NCBI RefSeq assembly: GCF_963506605.1
Contig: NC_083288.1
Span: 29,264,001-29,328,000 of the forward strand
Length of the DNA: 64,000 nucleotides
Reading direction: 5' to 3'
Source of the DNA: Zootoca vivipara
Taxonomy: Eukaryota
In this document: positions 47,419 to 58,674 of the stretch, in pieces
Layout of the letters: each line of letters begins with the position of its first letter
How positions within the stretch are numbered: the first letter of the stretch is position 1
The notes under the pieces: model-generated
Told to the model about the DNA's origin: nothing
Databases searched by the model: none
What the model saw: the letters and a program-made list of their open reading frames with translations, nothing else
Program-made: the position numbers and the translations under genes

Positions 47419-47688
47419 CAGGGGTGGGCAACTCCCAAGAGACTATGATCTACTCACAGAGTTAAAAACTGGCAGTGATCTAACCCCTTTTGGGGGGTTC
47501 AGGAAAAAGTTGTTGAGCTTTTTTTAGGGAGGAAAGCCACATTTTGGGGGGTGCAGGGCAAAAATTTTGAGCTTTTTTAAAGGGAGAGAAAGTTGTTGAG
47601 CTTCTTTGAGGGTTAGGGGAGTCAGTGATCTACCACAGACGTCCAGTGATCTACTGGTAGATCACAATCTACCTGTTGGACGTGCCTG
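47419..47688 (+). mobile_element. hAT MITE, 270 bp
   Basis: Ends CAGGGGTGGGCAAC / GTTGGACGTGCCTG; perfect 8-bp TSD ATCTATAG. Confidence 0.88.
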
Positions 47689-47957
47689 ATCTATAGTAAT
47701 AAACTATCAAAAAGGTTCAAATTAGCAGCCCTCTTTACACCCCTTTTCACTTCGTTTCTGGGTTTAAACAAGCATAGCTGATGTTTCTCATGCATATTTC
47801 CATGCATTATCCCACAGGAATCACCATCCAGTATCTTTTGTGCTTTAATATATTATGGCGCCCCTACCATTGTATCATGTAGAGATTTCAACATAGCAGA
47901 ATTGTTCATCTTGCTGCTCTCCATTTATTCAAGTGACTGTATTAGTTGTACAGCATA

Positions 47958-48881
47958 ATGAGGAACCAGACAAGGACTGTGAATGAATTTATTCTCCTAG
48001 GATTCATTGGGACTAAGAGGGTTGAACCTCTACTCTTCACTTTATTCTTCATCACCTACACTGTTGCTATGGTAGGCAACTTTATCGTTATTACCTTGGT
48101 GTAGTGTGAGAACAGCCTTCACAGCCCAATGTACATGTTCATTGCTAACATGTCTTTTTTAGATATTATTCACCACCACAGATATCCCCAAGATGCTATT
48201 CAATTTCATGAGTCAAAGAAAATCTATCGCCTTCCATAGTTGCATCCTGCAGGCTTACATATATTTCTCGACAGGTTCCACAGAGTTCTTCCTTCTGGCT
48301 ATCATGTCATTCAACCGCTATCTGGCTATTTGCAACCCTCTGAGATATGCAGCCATCATGAGCACACATGTATGTTTTCAACTTATAGCTGCCTCCTGGA
48401 TGTGGGGCTTCTTTGCAGTCCTACCACCTACAATCCTGGTAGGCCAGCTGCCATTTTGTGGACCCAATTCCATCAACCATTTCTTTTGTGATGTTGACCC
48501 AGTTCTCAAGCTGGCCTGCTTTGATGTAAAGAAGATTGAGATCATTAATTTTGTCAATTCAGCCTTGCTCCTCCTAGGCTCATTACTGGTGACAAGTGTA
48601 TCCTATATATTCATTATTGCAACAGTGCTTAGGATACCCTCAGCCAAAGGACGACAGAAAGCGTTCTCTACGTGTGCCTCATTGTGGTGACACTCTACTA
48701 TGGGAGTTCTATTTTCATTTATGTTCAGCCACAAAAAAACCACTCACTGGACCTCAACAAGGTAGCCAGCATACTGAACACAGTGATAACTCCATTAATG
48801 AATCCCTTCATTTATAGCCTAAGAAACAAAAAAGTCAAGGAGGCCCTGGACCATTTAGCCGAAGAAATTTTTTCCCCTTAA
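47958..48881 (+). pseudogene. Family 6-like OR pseudogene
   Basis: Starts MRNQTRTVNEFILLGF; TAG at 48102-48104; frameshifts at ~48165 and ~48680; DRY>NRY; ends PLMNPFIYSLRN. Confidence 0.93.
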
Positions 48882-49036
48882 TTAACCTCAGAGTCCTGAA
48901 AAAGGAAGAAGGGCCCCAACACTGTGTAGTAATAAATGACAATGGAAGTAAATGAAGATTATGTAGGGGTTTACATGCATGCATTGGAATGGGAAAGAAA
49001 TATGGTTCAGCTGAAAGTTCTGGAAATATACCATAT

Positions 49037-49152
49037 TGACGTGCTTTCGAACTGCTAGGTTGGCAGGAGCTGGGACTGAGCAACGGGAGCTCACCCCGTC
49101 GCGGGGATTCGAACCGCCGGCCTTCTGATCAGCAAGTGGTTTAACCCACAGC
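49037..49152 (-). mobile_element. Truncated Sauria SINE (Squam1)
   Basis: Matches the 5' part of 50286-50640. Confidence 0.85.
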
Positions 49153-49594
49153 GTACTGCTAAACAAACAATAAACACCCATAAAATGGCAAAAGTAGTTT
49201 CTTTCCAAAATAGATTTTATCTTAAATAATTGTGAATGCAGTAAATAAAGAGTCCACTTGTGATATATCAGTGGTTCGGTGCTTGTTTTTTCTCTTTCCA
49301 AAATAGGTTTTATTTCAAAAAGTAAAAACCAGGACACCCCAAAGTTGTTGAGCCTTTTTCTTCTTCCCCAAAACACCAAAAACTATGGACAACAGCCCTA
49401 CTGTGTGGTCTATCTCACTAAGTCTCTCTGCTCTGCTCTGCTCCGCTCCCCTGCCTTATACTTACCCTTCTTCCTTTGCCTGATTAGTTCACGGCCACTC
49501 TTCAATGGGGCTTTCTGCTCGACAGGAGGGAGAGCAGGCATCTATTCTTCACTTCCAAAGCAGCTGAAGCTGATATGGAAAGGGGATTCCCGCT

Positions 49595-49970
49595 CACACC
49601 TTCCAACTCCCGGTTAGAAAAATTCCAGGATCAGCAGCACCGACACCGGAAGTCGCTTCCAGACATGCGTAGAAGCAACTTCCGGTGCCCAGACATGGGC
49701 AGAGCGGCATCGGAAGTCAATTCTATGCATGTCCAGACATGCTCAGAAGTGACTTCCTGTGCCGCTCTGCCCCATTTCCAGTGCCCAGACATAGGCAGAG
49801 CGGCACCCGAAATTGGTTCTGTGCATGTCCAGACATGCACTGAAGGAGCCTCCCTGGAAGGTACTGAAATCTGGGGGATTTACGGGATTTTTTTCCAATC
49901 CGGGCTGCCAGCGGGAAACGGTTTAAAATATGGGGGTTTCTCGCGAAAAACGGGAGATTTGGAAGCTATG
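49595..49970. mobile_element. hAT MITE with internal short tandem repeats
   Basis: Ends CACACCTTCCAA / TTGGAAGCTATG; TSD TTCCCGCT / CTCCCGCT; repeated CCAGACATG..GGAAG units. Confidence 0.75.
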
Positions 49971-50285
49971 CTCCCGCTTCCTCCAGTGGAGGTTTCAAGT
50001 ATTCACACCCCACACACACACATACCCCACCCCCACATTCCTCCCCGCTTCCTCACCATAGTCTGTCAATTCAATCCCAGGATTTATGACAGCTGGGTTG
50101 TCATTGGCCTTGCATATGTGATTATGCTATCCACATGTCACCCTTTTCCATGTGGATTCCTCATCAAGGGGTTCCCAGACAAATAGAATTGTGGATGAGC
50201 CCTGAGATTATAATACAAAACTCCTGTGATTTTCTGATTTCAGAAAGTGCTGCTAAACAATAAGCACAAAGACCCCTCCACAACA

Positions 50286-50640
50286 GGGACGCAGGTGGTG
50301 CTGTGGGTTAAAACATATAGACTAGGGCTTGCCCATCAGAAGGACGGCGGTTCGAATCCCCGCAACAGGGTGAGCTCCCGTTGTTCGGTCACAGCTCCTG
50401 CCAACCTAGCAGTTCAAAAGCACCTCAAAGTGCAAGTAGATAAATAGGTATTGCTCCAGCGGGAAGGTAAACGGCGTTTCCATGCACTGCTCTGGTTCAC
50501 CAGAAGCGGCTTTGTCATGCTGGCCACATGACCCGGAAGCTGTACGCCGGCTCCCTCGGCCAATAAAGCGAGATGAGCACTGCAACTCCAGAGTCCGCGA
50601 CTGGACCTAATGGTCAGGGGTCCCTTTACCTTTGCCTTTT
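50286..50640 (+). mobile_element. Sauria SINE (Squam1), full length
   Basis: GGGACGCAGGTGG head, GGTTCGAATCCC B-box, (ACCTTT) tail; TSD ACCCCTCCACAACA / ACCCCTCCACACCA. Confidence 0.92.
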
Positions 50641-51159
50641 ACCCCTCCACACCACTGCAAGTGCAAATAGGGCTTTTCTAAAGGCCAAAGAGCAATACCT
50701 TTACTATAGCCCTATTAGATCATGCAATTCTTTGAGGCTTACAACTAAGTAGCCTTTTGAAGAAGGCCCACATGACCCAGTGGCACCCTGCCTCTTTCAT
50801 GGGGACAAATTTATGCACCACTTGGTTGTAAAAAGCAGTTTATGAAGAGAATAAAACAATAAAATCAACAGTAAAAAGAATTTAAAAGAACTATTGAAAA
50901 CATTTTTTTTAAATGAAATCAGCAAAAAACTAAAAACAGAATAAAATATCAACACTAACACTGCTATAGTGACAGGGGGCCGATCAGTACTTTAGATGAG
51001 TACCCATGCATTAATTCTTATATAGAACACAGTGAGACTTTCTTGTTTTATTGTTCTGCACCCTGAAGCTGCACCTTCAGGCATTGCTAATTTCATTTTT
51101 GTTATTACCTAGAACTACTCATTCAACTACTTTTAACTTCCTGAAATGGCCTACATTAT

Positions 51160-51236
51160 GTTTTAATGTATTATATACTCTGATGTTAGCCACGCTGAGC
51201 CTGGTCCTGGCCAGGGCGGGTGGGATATAAATAAAA

Positions 51237-51287
<51 letters not shown>
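51160..51287 (+). mobile_element. L2-like 3' tail with (ATT)n
   Basis: GGGCGGGTGGGATATAAATAAAAA followed by (TTA)n. Confidence 0.6.
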
Positions 51288-51289
<2 letters not shown>

Positions 51290-51499
51290 AGTCCAACTCA
51301 TCATGTCCTTAACCATAAATTTTGTTTACGGCTTGACTATACACTGGCAGCCCATTTGTTTCCATGCCAAATTTGAGGTGTTTAGATATTAAAAGCCTTC
51401 AGTGGCCCAGGACCCCAAGGACTGACTAGGTACTCAAAATGAACCAATCTTCAGGCTTCAATTTCATCCCAATTATCTTGCAATAAACCAAAACCGTTC

Positions 51500-51813
51500 A
51501 GCCCGGACACTGAGATCCAGCGCTGAGGGCCTTCTGGCAGTTCCCTCATTGCAAGAAGTGAGGTTACAGGGAACCAGACAGAGGGCCTTCTCGGTAGCAG
51601 CACCTGCCCTGTGGAATGCCCTTCCATCAGATGTCAAGGAAAAAAGCAGTTATCCTAATTTTAAAAGACATCTGAAGGCAGCCCTGTTTAGGGAAGCGTT
51701 TAATATTTAATGCTGTATTGTTTTAATATTCAGTTGGGAGCCGCCCAGAGTGGCTGGGGAGACTCAGCCAGATGGACGGGGTATAAATAATAAATTATTA
51801 TTATTATTATTAT
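51500..51813 (+). mobile_element. L2 3' fragment
   Basis: Aligns with 22130-22440; (TTA)n tail. Confidence 0.9.
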
Positions 51814-51863
51814 TTGAATTCAGTAGTTTACTTTAGAGCCAACAGGTTTTAATTGCAGAAAAA

Positions 51864-54343
51864 TGTTGTGTATTGAGCTAAGATTAAGGCCATCATCGAG
51901 GCACCACGACCACAGAACAAGACGGAGTTGCAGTCATTCCTGGGACTTATTAACTTTTATCATTCATTCTTACCCCAGAAAGCTTCGGTAGCTGAACCAT
52001 TACATAGACTTTTGCAGAAAAAGAAGGTGTGGCGATGGGGGCGGGAGCAGCAGAAGGCTTTTGACTCCTTGCGAGAAATGCTGAGTAGCAGGAGCGTCCT
52101 TGCTCATTATGATGAGTCGAAGCCGCTGGTCCTGGCATGTGATGCCTCTCAATACGGCCTGGGGGCTGTGCTGAGTCATAGGGAACCGGATGGGTCGGAA
52201 AAGCCCATCTCTTTCTATTCCCGTACGTTGTCACCCACGGAGCGCAACTATGCTCAAATTGATAAAGAGGCACTAGCAATTGTGTCAGGAATCAAAAGGT
52301 TCTATGATTATTTGTCCGGTCGCCATTTCTCCATTGAAACGGACCACAAACCACTGTTAGGGTTGTTCAACCCAAACAAACAAACGCCACAAATTCTCTC
52401 CCCCAGAATGTTGCGTTGGTCAATATTCCTGAATGGGTTCCAGTACACCTTGACCCATGTGCCGGGGAAACAGTTGTGCCACGCTGATGCGCTGAGTCGA
52501 TTGCCCCTTCCTGGCGGGAGCAATGAGGATCCTGCTCCGGCGGAGCACATTATGATGCTAGAAACACTTCCGGGGGCTCCTGTAACAGCTACTGATATAG
52601 CTGAGAAAACGAGGAAAGATGCTGTTCTCTCCCGTGTGCTCACTTGGGTGGGGAGGGGGTGGCCAGGTGGTCCGCATGAAGAAAAATTCAGGCCTTATGC
52701 GACAAGGCAGCACGAATTGTCCATGCATAAGGGTTGTCTCCTATGGGGAGATAGGGTGATCATCCCAGCACCACTGAGAAACAGGGTTCTTGAGACGCTT
52801 CACATGGGACACCCGGGAATGGTCAGGATGAAGTCGCTAGCCCGATGTTATGTGTGGTGGCCTGGAATGGACCAGAACATAGAACAATGGGTACGAACAT
52901 GCAAGGCATGCCAAGAGGTGCGGCCAGAAGTGGCCAGAGCACCAGTCCACTGGTGGGAGCAGTCCAGGACTCCCTGGAGCCGGCTGCACATAGATTTTGC
53001 TGGGCCATTCCAAGGGAAGGTCTTTTTGGTTATCGTTGATGCATATTCCAAATGGTTAGAAGTGGCGATGGTCCCTAGCATGGCATCAGCTGCCGTAATC
53101 AAGGTGTTGAGGCAGCTGTTTGCAACCCACGGGTTACCTGAGACCATTGTATCAGATAATGGGGCAGCTTTTGTATCCCAAGAATTCAGGGCATTCTTGG
53201 CTGATAACTTCATAAGAGGGGTCACATCCGCGCCCTTTCACCCATCCTCAAATGGGCAGGCTGAGCGCATGGTAAGAACAGCCAAAGAATCCATTGCGCG
53301 CTTAATGGAGGGTAACTGGTCGGCTCGCATTGCACGAATGTTATTTTTGCAGCATGCGACGCCGTGTACTGCGACGGGCAAATCGCCAGCTGAGCTGCTC
53401 TTAGGTAGAAGACTGGTAACGGTGCTGGATTATGTCCACCCAGATAAAATGCCAAACCGTAATTCAAGAGCAACCCCCCAGGCTGAGACTGACACAACAA
53501 GGTATCTCGCCCCTGAAGATCTGGTCTGGGTGAGGAACTATTCACGAGGTCCGCGGTGGGTGGCCGGTGTGATCACCCGGGCTAGTGGACCTGTGTCCTA
53601 TTATGTGACCTTGGAAAATGGGCAAGTTTGGAAGAGACATATAGATCAGCTGAGGCGCCGGGCGCTCAGCAGGGAGGAGTCAGATAATTCATCCCTGGCT
53701 AATGACGCACAGCTGCGAGACCAGAGTGAAGATGGCCCAGAGGTGCAGTCACCAGGGGCTTCAGCAAATGAACCAGGGTCTGCTAGTCCTCAGGATGACG
53801 AGGTACAGGTAGGGGACCCTGAGATGTCTGGGACTCCATCTGTTCCTGACGAAACCCCTATAGCAGCCCCTCCACCACAGGTAACACCCAATCCAGAACC
53901 TGCAACACCTGTTGTCAGGAGATCAAGTAGAAGTTGTAGGACCCCACAGTACCTGAGGGATTACGTCTGCTGTGCTCACTAGGGGGGGAGGGGTGTTGTG
54001 TATTGAGTCAAAGGATTTTATCTCTGTATTATTATTGTCTGTATTTGCATTAGGATAAAGTAACTGCCTTTTGGTTCCAGAGGGTACAGCTACTATTGGT
54101 TCATTTAAGCTGCTGTATTTGGATCCTCTGTCTTATTGGTTCCCTCCAAAAGGCAGCACTGTGATTGCCTGATATTGTTCCCTCCAAAATGTATCCCTTT
54201 CTAGCTAGTTCCCTGTCCCTATAAATGTAGCCTTCCTGCCCTCAGAGTCAGTCTTGTTCACTTTAATAAAGAGCTGTTACTAGAGAACTGTCTCCAGCAT
54301 GTTTTGTCAAGAGAGCTGAAATCACAAACCCCACGTCACAACA
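51864..54343 (+). mobile_element. Gypsy LTR retrotransposon, internally deleted
   Basis: 14-bp 5' LTR stub TGTTGTGTATTGAG; PPT at 53981-53993; 350-bp 3' LTR TGTTGTG..CACAACA (53994-54343); AAAAA on both flanks. Confidence 0.93.
51877..53982 (+). CDS. Gypsy pol 3' half: RT thumb, RNase H and integrase (open frame, no native start)
   Basis: LQSFLG, CDAS..GAVL, NYAQIDKEALA, TDHKPL, ADALSR, HMGH..CKAC zinc finger, HIDFAGP, VSDNG and SNGQAER motifs. Confidence 0.9.
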   Translation, partial: AKIKAIIEAPRPQNKTELQSFLGLINFYHSFLPQKASVAEPLHRLLQKKKVWRWGREQQKAFDSLREMLSSRSVLAHYDESKPLVLACDASQYGLGAVLSHREPDGSEKPISFYSRTLSPTERNYAQIDKEALAIVSGIKRFYDYLSGRHFSIETDHKPLLGLFNPNKQTPQILSPRMLRWSIFLNGFQYTLTHVPGKQLCHADALSRLPLPGGSNEDPAPAEHIMMLETLPGAPVTATDIAEKTRKDAVLSRVLTWVGRGWPGGPHEEKFRPYATRQHELSMHKGCLLWGDRVIIPAPLRNRVLETLHMGHPGMVRMKSLARCYVWWPGMDQNIEQWVRTCKACQEVRPEVARAPVHWWEQSRTPWSRLHIDFAGPFQGKVFLVIVDAYSKWLEVAMVPSMASAAVIKVLRQLFATHGLPETIVSDNGAAFVSQEFRAFLADNFIRGVTSAPFHPSSNGQAERMVRTAKESIARLMEGNWSARIARMLFLQHATPCTATGKSPAELLLGRRLVTVLDYVHPDKMPNRNSRATPQAETDTTRYLAPEDLVWVRNYSRGPRWVAGVITRASGPVSYYVTLENGQVWKRHIDQLRRRALSREESDNSSLANDAQLRDQSEDGPEVQSPGASANEPGSASPQDDEVQVGDPEMSGTPSVPDETPIAAPPPQVTPNPEPATPVVRRSSRSCRTPQYLRDYVCCAH

Positions 54344-54851
54344 AAAAAAGTGTCCAGATAAATTTTATTTCTATTGATTTATGAGACCATCACAAAGAAG
54401 GCAACATATCCATTTTTGTGTATGTACTTATAAATAAATACAACTTGCATAGATACAAAAAAATACATAAAGAAACTTATATTAGAAGTCTTTTTAGGAT
54501 GGACACAGCATTTTATTTTTTAAAAAAGAACTAAGATTGCACCACTCACAGTTATATACATAATTCATTTAATGTGATGGTAAAATAGCATGTTTGCAAA
54601 ACAGTGATGGAGGAAGGGGCACATTTTATGTGAGAAATTGAGGAAAGCGGACTGAATCTAATTGTTGTTCAGAAAGAAGGGCACTTGTGCAAAGATTTAG
54701 TTTACCAGTATTGCCCTCTAACACTACCCACCCGAAAGAAACCCAACTGAGTAGTTTGGGAGTTGGAATGGGTGAAACTGTCAATTTCATTTTCTCTCAG
54801 TTTCACATTTTTGCAATTGTAAATTCAGTTCTCCATATTTCCATGTTGGTT

Positions 54852-54861
<10 letters not shown>

Positions 54862-54899
<38 letters not shown>
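54862..54899. repeat. (CA)n microsatellite
   Basis: Direct reading. Confidence 0.95.
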
Positions 54900-54900
<1 letters not shown>

Positions 54901-54978
54901 TTGTGAAGTCAGATTCCCAGTGCAAATTTCTAATACATATGTTGCATGGGATTTTGTGTAATATACATACAGTATTCT

Positions 54979-55328
54979 AAAATGTAAAGGTAAAGGGACC
55001 CCTGACCATTAGGTCCAGTCGTGACCGACTCTGGGGTTGCGCGCTCATCTCGCATTATTGGCTGAGGGAGCCGGCATATAGCTTCCAGGTCATGTGGCCA
55101 GCATGACAAAGCCACTTCTGGTGAACCAGAGCAGCACACGGAAACATTGTTTACCTTCCCACTGTACCTATTTATCTACTTGCATTTTGACGTGCTTTCG
55201 AACTGCTAGGTTGGCAGGAGCTGGGACCAAGCAACGGGAGCTCACCCCGTCACAGGGATTCGAACCGCCAACCTTCTGATCAGCAAGCCCTAGGCTCAGT
55301 GGTTTAACCACAGCGCCACCTGGGTCCC
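54979..55328 (-). mobile_element. Sauria SINE (Squam1)
   Basis: The reverse complement matches 50286-50640; TATTCT on both flanks. Confidence 0.92.
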
Positions 55329-55394
55329 GCTATTCTGCTAGATCCCAATTCCCCAATGTAATTGATTTCTGCATCCTAGTTTAACTAATATATG

Positions 55395-55540
55395 CAGTGC
55401 TTTTTTTCTGGGGGTATGCAGGGGTATGCATACCACTAAACATTTTGTGAATCTAAGTTTGGCCTCACCAAGGAGCAGTATTTCAATATGAGTAGGAAAG
55501 TGAGAGGACCCCTAAACATTTTCTTTTGGGGGGGAAGCAT
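55395..55540. mobile_element. Short hAT-like MITE
   Basis: CAGTGCTTTTTTT start, ..AAGCATT end, internal repeated CTAAACATTTT. Confidence 0.45.
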
Positions 55541-55670
55541 TTATTATATGCATTTTATGCACATTTTAACAAAATGTAAGCTGTGAAATAGGACATAGGT
55601 CAGGATTAAGGGACATCACACAAAAGTGGGCAAGCAAACAAGACTGGAGACCTTTAACCTTTTTCAGTAT

Positions 55671-55985
55671 TTACAACACTGCCTCTTGGATGTCCTTGTT
55701 TCTGAAGCTATAGATAATGGGATTCAGTAATAGTGGTGAAACATTATGCAATAAAGTGGAGAGCAAATCCATTGTTGTAGAAGATTGTGCTTTAGGTTGC
55801 ATGTATGAAAACACAGCTGTGCTCATAAAAAAAGAAAAGACAGTCAGGTGGGGAGTGCAGGTAGAGAAAGCTTTATATCTGCCTTGAACAGAAGGGTTTT
55901 CCAGGACAGCAGAGAAGATGTAGTCACAGGAAGCAAAGGTGAACACTCCACAAATGAACCTAAACAGGAATCCTGCACCAAGAAT
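55671..55985 (-). pseudogene. OR14-like 3' fragment next to the gap
   Basis: SVQGRYKAFSTCTPHLTVF..PLLLNPIIYSFRNKDIQEAVL, close to 56831-57766; the 5' side diverges before the gap. Confidence 0.85.
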
Positions 55986-56029
55986 TTTAGGTGAACCCAT
56001 CACAATTTGCACCTAAAACTCAAGCCAAC

Positions 56030-56231
56030 NNNNNNNNNNNNNNNNNNNNNNNNNNNNNNNNNNNNNNNNNNNNNNNNNNNNNNNNNNNNNNNNNNNNNNN
56101 NNNNNNNNNNNNNNNNNNNNNNNNNNNNNNNNNNNNNNNNNNNNNNNNNNNNNNNNNNNNNNNNNNNNNNNNNNNNNNNNNNNNNNNNNNNNNNNNNNNN
56201 NNNNNNNNNNNNNNNNNNNNNNNNNNNNNNN
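56030..56231. other. Assembly gap (N run)
   Basis: N characters. Confidence 1.
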
Positions 56232-56830
56232 AGACCAAAAACAACAATTAATACTACTAATAATCAACACATTGAGTGTTCTGAGTCTCATTGAACTGAA
56301 ATATCTCTTTAAAAAAGGAAATACCCAAAAAATGCAACATGCACCCCTAAATGCATGAGCTAGTCAGTATGGTGCTAGAATAACACGCCTCTAAAACAGT
56401 GAAGGAGGAGGGGCCACAGTTATGCGAGAAACTGAGAACAGAGTATCAGATGCAAATGTGGTTCAGAGACCTCATTACTTGTGCAAAGACTTATTCTACC
56501 CTTCCTCCAACCTAACACCTCCACTCAAAAAGAAACCAAATTTAGCAGGTTGGAAGCAGCAAGGGTGTGTCAATTTCATTTTCTTTCATTTTCTGAGCAT
56601 TAGATCGAGTTCCTCACATTTACATATTGGCATATTATTATTATTATTTAAAGTCCTAATGAAAAACCATCAGTTGTTTTGTGTGAAATTTTCCTAATAT
56701 GCAAATTTGCCCAATACCCATCTTTTTGCAATGCACTGTTATGCAATATAATGCACTTTTATGCAATTTTCACTGGCATTTGCATTGTTATGCAATGCAC
56801 AGGAATTGTGATGAGACACAATGTAAGCAG

Positions 56831-57766
56831 TCATGCTAGGAGACTTCTAATTCTTTTTGGTATTTTCAACACGGCCTCTTGGATATCTTTGTTCCTAAAG
56901 CTATAAATAATGGGATTCAGTAATGGTGGCAAAACAGTATACAATACAGCAGAGAGCAAATCCATCGTTGTAGAAGAAAATGCTTTAGGACTCATATATG
57001 AAAACAAATCTGTGCTAATAAATAAAGAAAAGACAGTCAGGTGGGGGATGCAGGTAGAGAAAGCTTTATATCTACCTTGAACAGAAGGGATTCTCAGCAC
57101 AGCAGAGAAGATGTAGCCATAGGAAACAAAGATGAACCCTCCACCAAATGAAGCTAGTGTAATCCCAAAGGCAAAAATCAAAATTTGGTTAAGCTTTGTG
57201 TCAGTACAAGAAATCTTTAGCAGCTGAGGGATATCACAGAAATACTGCCCAATAATATTGGACCCACAGAAATGAAGCCTGAAAGTGGTAATGGTATGAA
57301 ATGACGAATGAATTAGGTTGCTAATCCAGGAAGCAGCTGCCATTTGGATGCAGGCATCCCAGTTCATGATCAGCTCATACTGCAGAGGATGGCAGATTGC
57401 AACATAGCGATCATAAGCCATGATTGTGAGCAAGGCAAGCTCAGAACCTCCAAAAGTGACAACTAAGAAAACCTGTGCAACACAGCCAGCAAAAGAAATC
57501 CGTTTGTCATCTGACAAAGAAGCAGCTATGGATTTGGGGATTGTGGTTGAGATGTAGCAGATGTCTGATAATGATAGGTTGACCAGAAAGAAGTACATAG
57601 GAGTGTGCAGTTTGTGGTTCAGGGCAACAGCAACGGTGATGAGGAAATTCCCCACTAAGGCTATTAAATAAATGGAGAGAAATATCACAAAGTACAAAAA
57701 TTGTTCTTCTGGGTCACTGGAAAACCCCATCAGAATAAATTCTGTCACAGTAGACTGGTTGGCCAT
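56831..57766 (-). CDS. Olfactory receptor, family 14-like, intact, 311 aa
   Basis: MANQS, LHTPMYFFL, TTIPKS, MAYDRYVAICHPLQY, QYFCDIPQLLKISC, KAFSTCIPHL and PPLLNPIIYSFRN motifs. Confidence 0.97.
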   Translation of the reverse strand: MANQSTVTEFILMGFSSDPEEQFLYFVIFLSIYLIALVGNFLITVAVALNHKLHTPMYFFLVNLSLSDICYISTTIPKSIAASLSDDKRISFAGCVAQVFLVVTFGGSELALLTIMAYDRYVAICHPLQYELIMNWDACIQMAAASWISNLIHSSFHTITTFRLHFCGSNIIGQYFCDIPQLLKISCTDTKLNQILIFAFGITLASFGGGFIFVSYGYIFSAVLRIPSVQGRYKAFSTCIPHLTVFSLFISTDLFSYMSPKAFSSTTMDLLSAVLYTVLPPLLNPIIYSFRNKDIQEAVLKIPKRIRSLLA

Positions 57767-58365
57767 CTTAATTCTTTGAAATATTTCTTTAAAAAAAGTT
57801 ATAGAAGAGTAGCTCTCTTATTGTGTTTTAGCAATGGCAGCAGAGCAGTTGTGGGACCTAAAATTAGAAAGGAGTTAATGAAAGTCTGTTGGTTGAGGGG
57901 AATATGCAGACAATTGTATGTGGGGTTTGCCCCCTACTGTATCTCAATATGATGTAATGGGTGATGCCAGCAGTAGACATTCAACTGACACCATTGATTC
58001 TCCCCAATACTCATAGAATTTTAGAGCTGGCAGGGAGCGAGGGGAGCATCTCAGGAAAGACCCATCTTGGTTTCATGTTGAATCAAGAATGAGAAAGTAG
58101 AATCAACTCCTAACTGTAGCTTATAAGAGCAACCAATGAAAGATCATGTTGCTCTGATGAGAGCTCAGGGTTTAAACCCAATCTCCAGAATTTTGAAACA
58201 CCACATTTTTATCTTCTCTTCCCTATAAATGTAATCTATTTTTATCATAGAATAGTCATGTCTGCATTAATCTTACTGCTGTATTAAACATTTTGAGGTC
58301 TTTGCAGAACTGAAATATGAGTACCTTCCAAGTCCTAGTCTCCTCTGAGGATGGATAAATGGTGT

Positions 58366-58520
58366 TCCACTCACCTCTATTTTTGACTGGAAGAAGAAGG
58401 GCCAAAATTCTGGAGTGCGGTCTTTAGTAGAAGATATAGATTTTATGACAAGGAGGAATCAATTGAGCCTCCCTGCTGTCTGTCGTGTTTCAGAGAGTCA
58501 CTCCTTGGAGAATTTCATTA
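58366..58520 (-). promoter_or_regulatory. Candidate OR14 promoter and first-exon donor
   Basis: Minus-strand TAATGA-AAT-TCTCCAAGGAG (58520-58501), ~130 bp upstream of a donor g|gtgagt (~58374). Confidence 0.4.
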
Positions 58521-58674
58521 AATTTCTGTAGTGTTTCGGATAATCACTGCTTGGAGAACCTCACCATAATGATTTGCAGGTCCTGATTTACACAACAAGG
58601 TTTGCAATTGTCTTTATAATAATAAAGTATTGTATATATTGTGGCAGTCAGAGTGTTGAACTTGATTAACTTAT

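Noticed and set aside
51928-53982. 684-aa ORF as a domesticated integrase gene
   Set aside because: It retains the PPT, LTR and flanking duplication, begins mid-RT without a native start, and shows no exon structure. Young age explains the open frame.
50286-55328. tRNA genes suggested by A/B boxes
   Set aside because: These are tRNA-derived SINE heads followed by SINE bodies and tails; no complete cloverleaf is evident.
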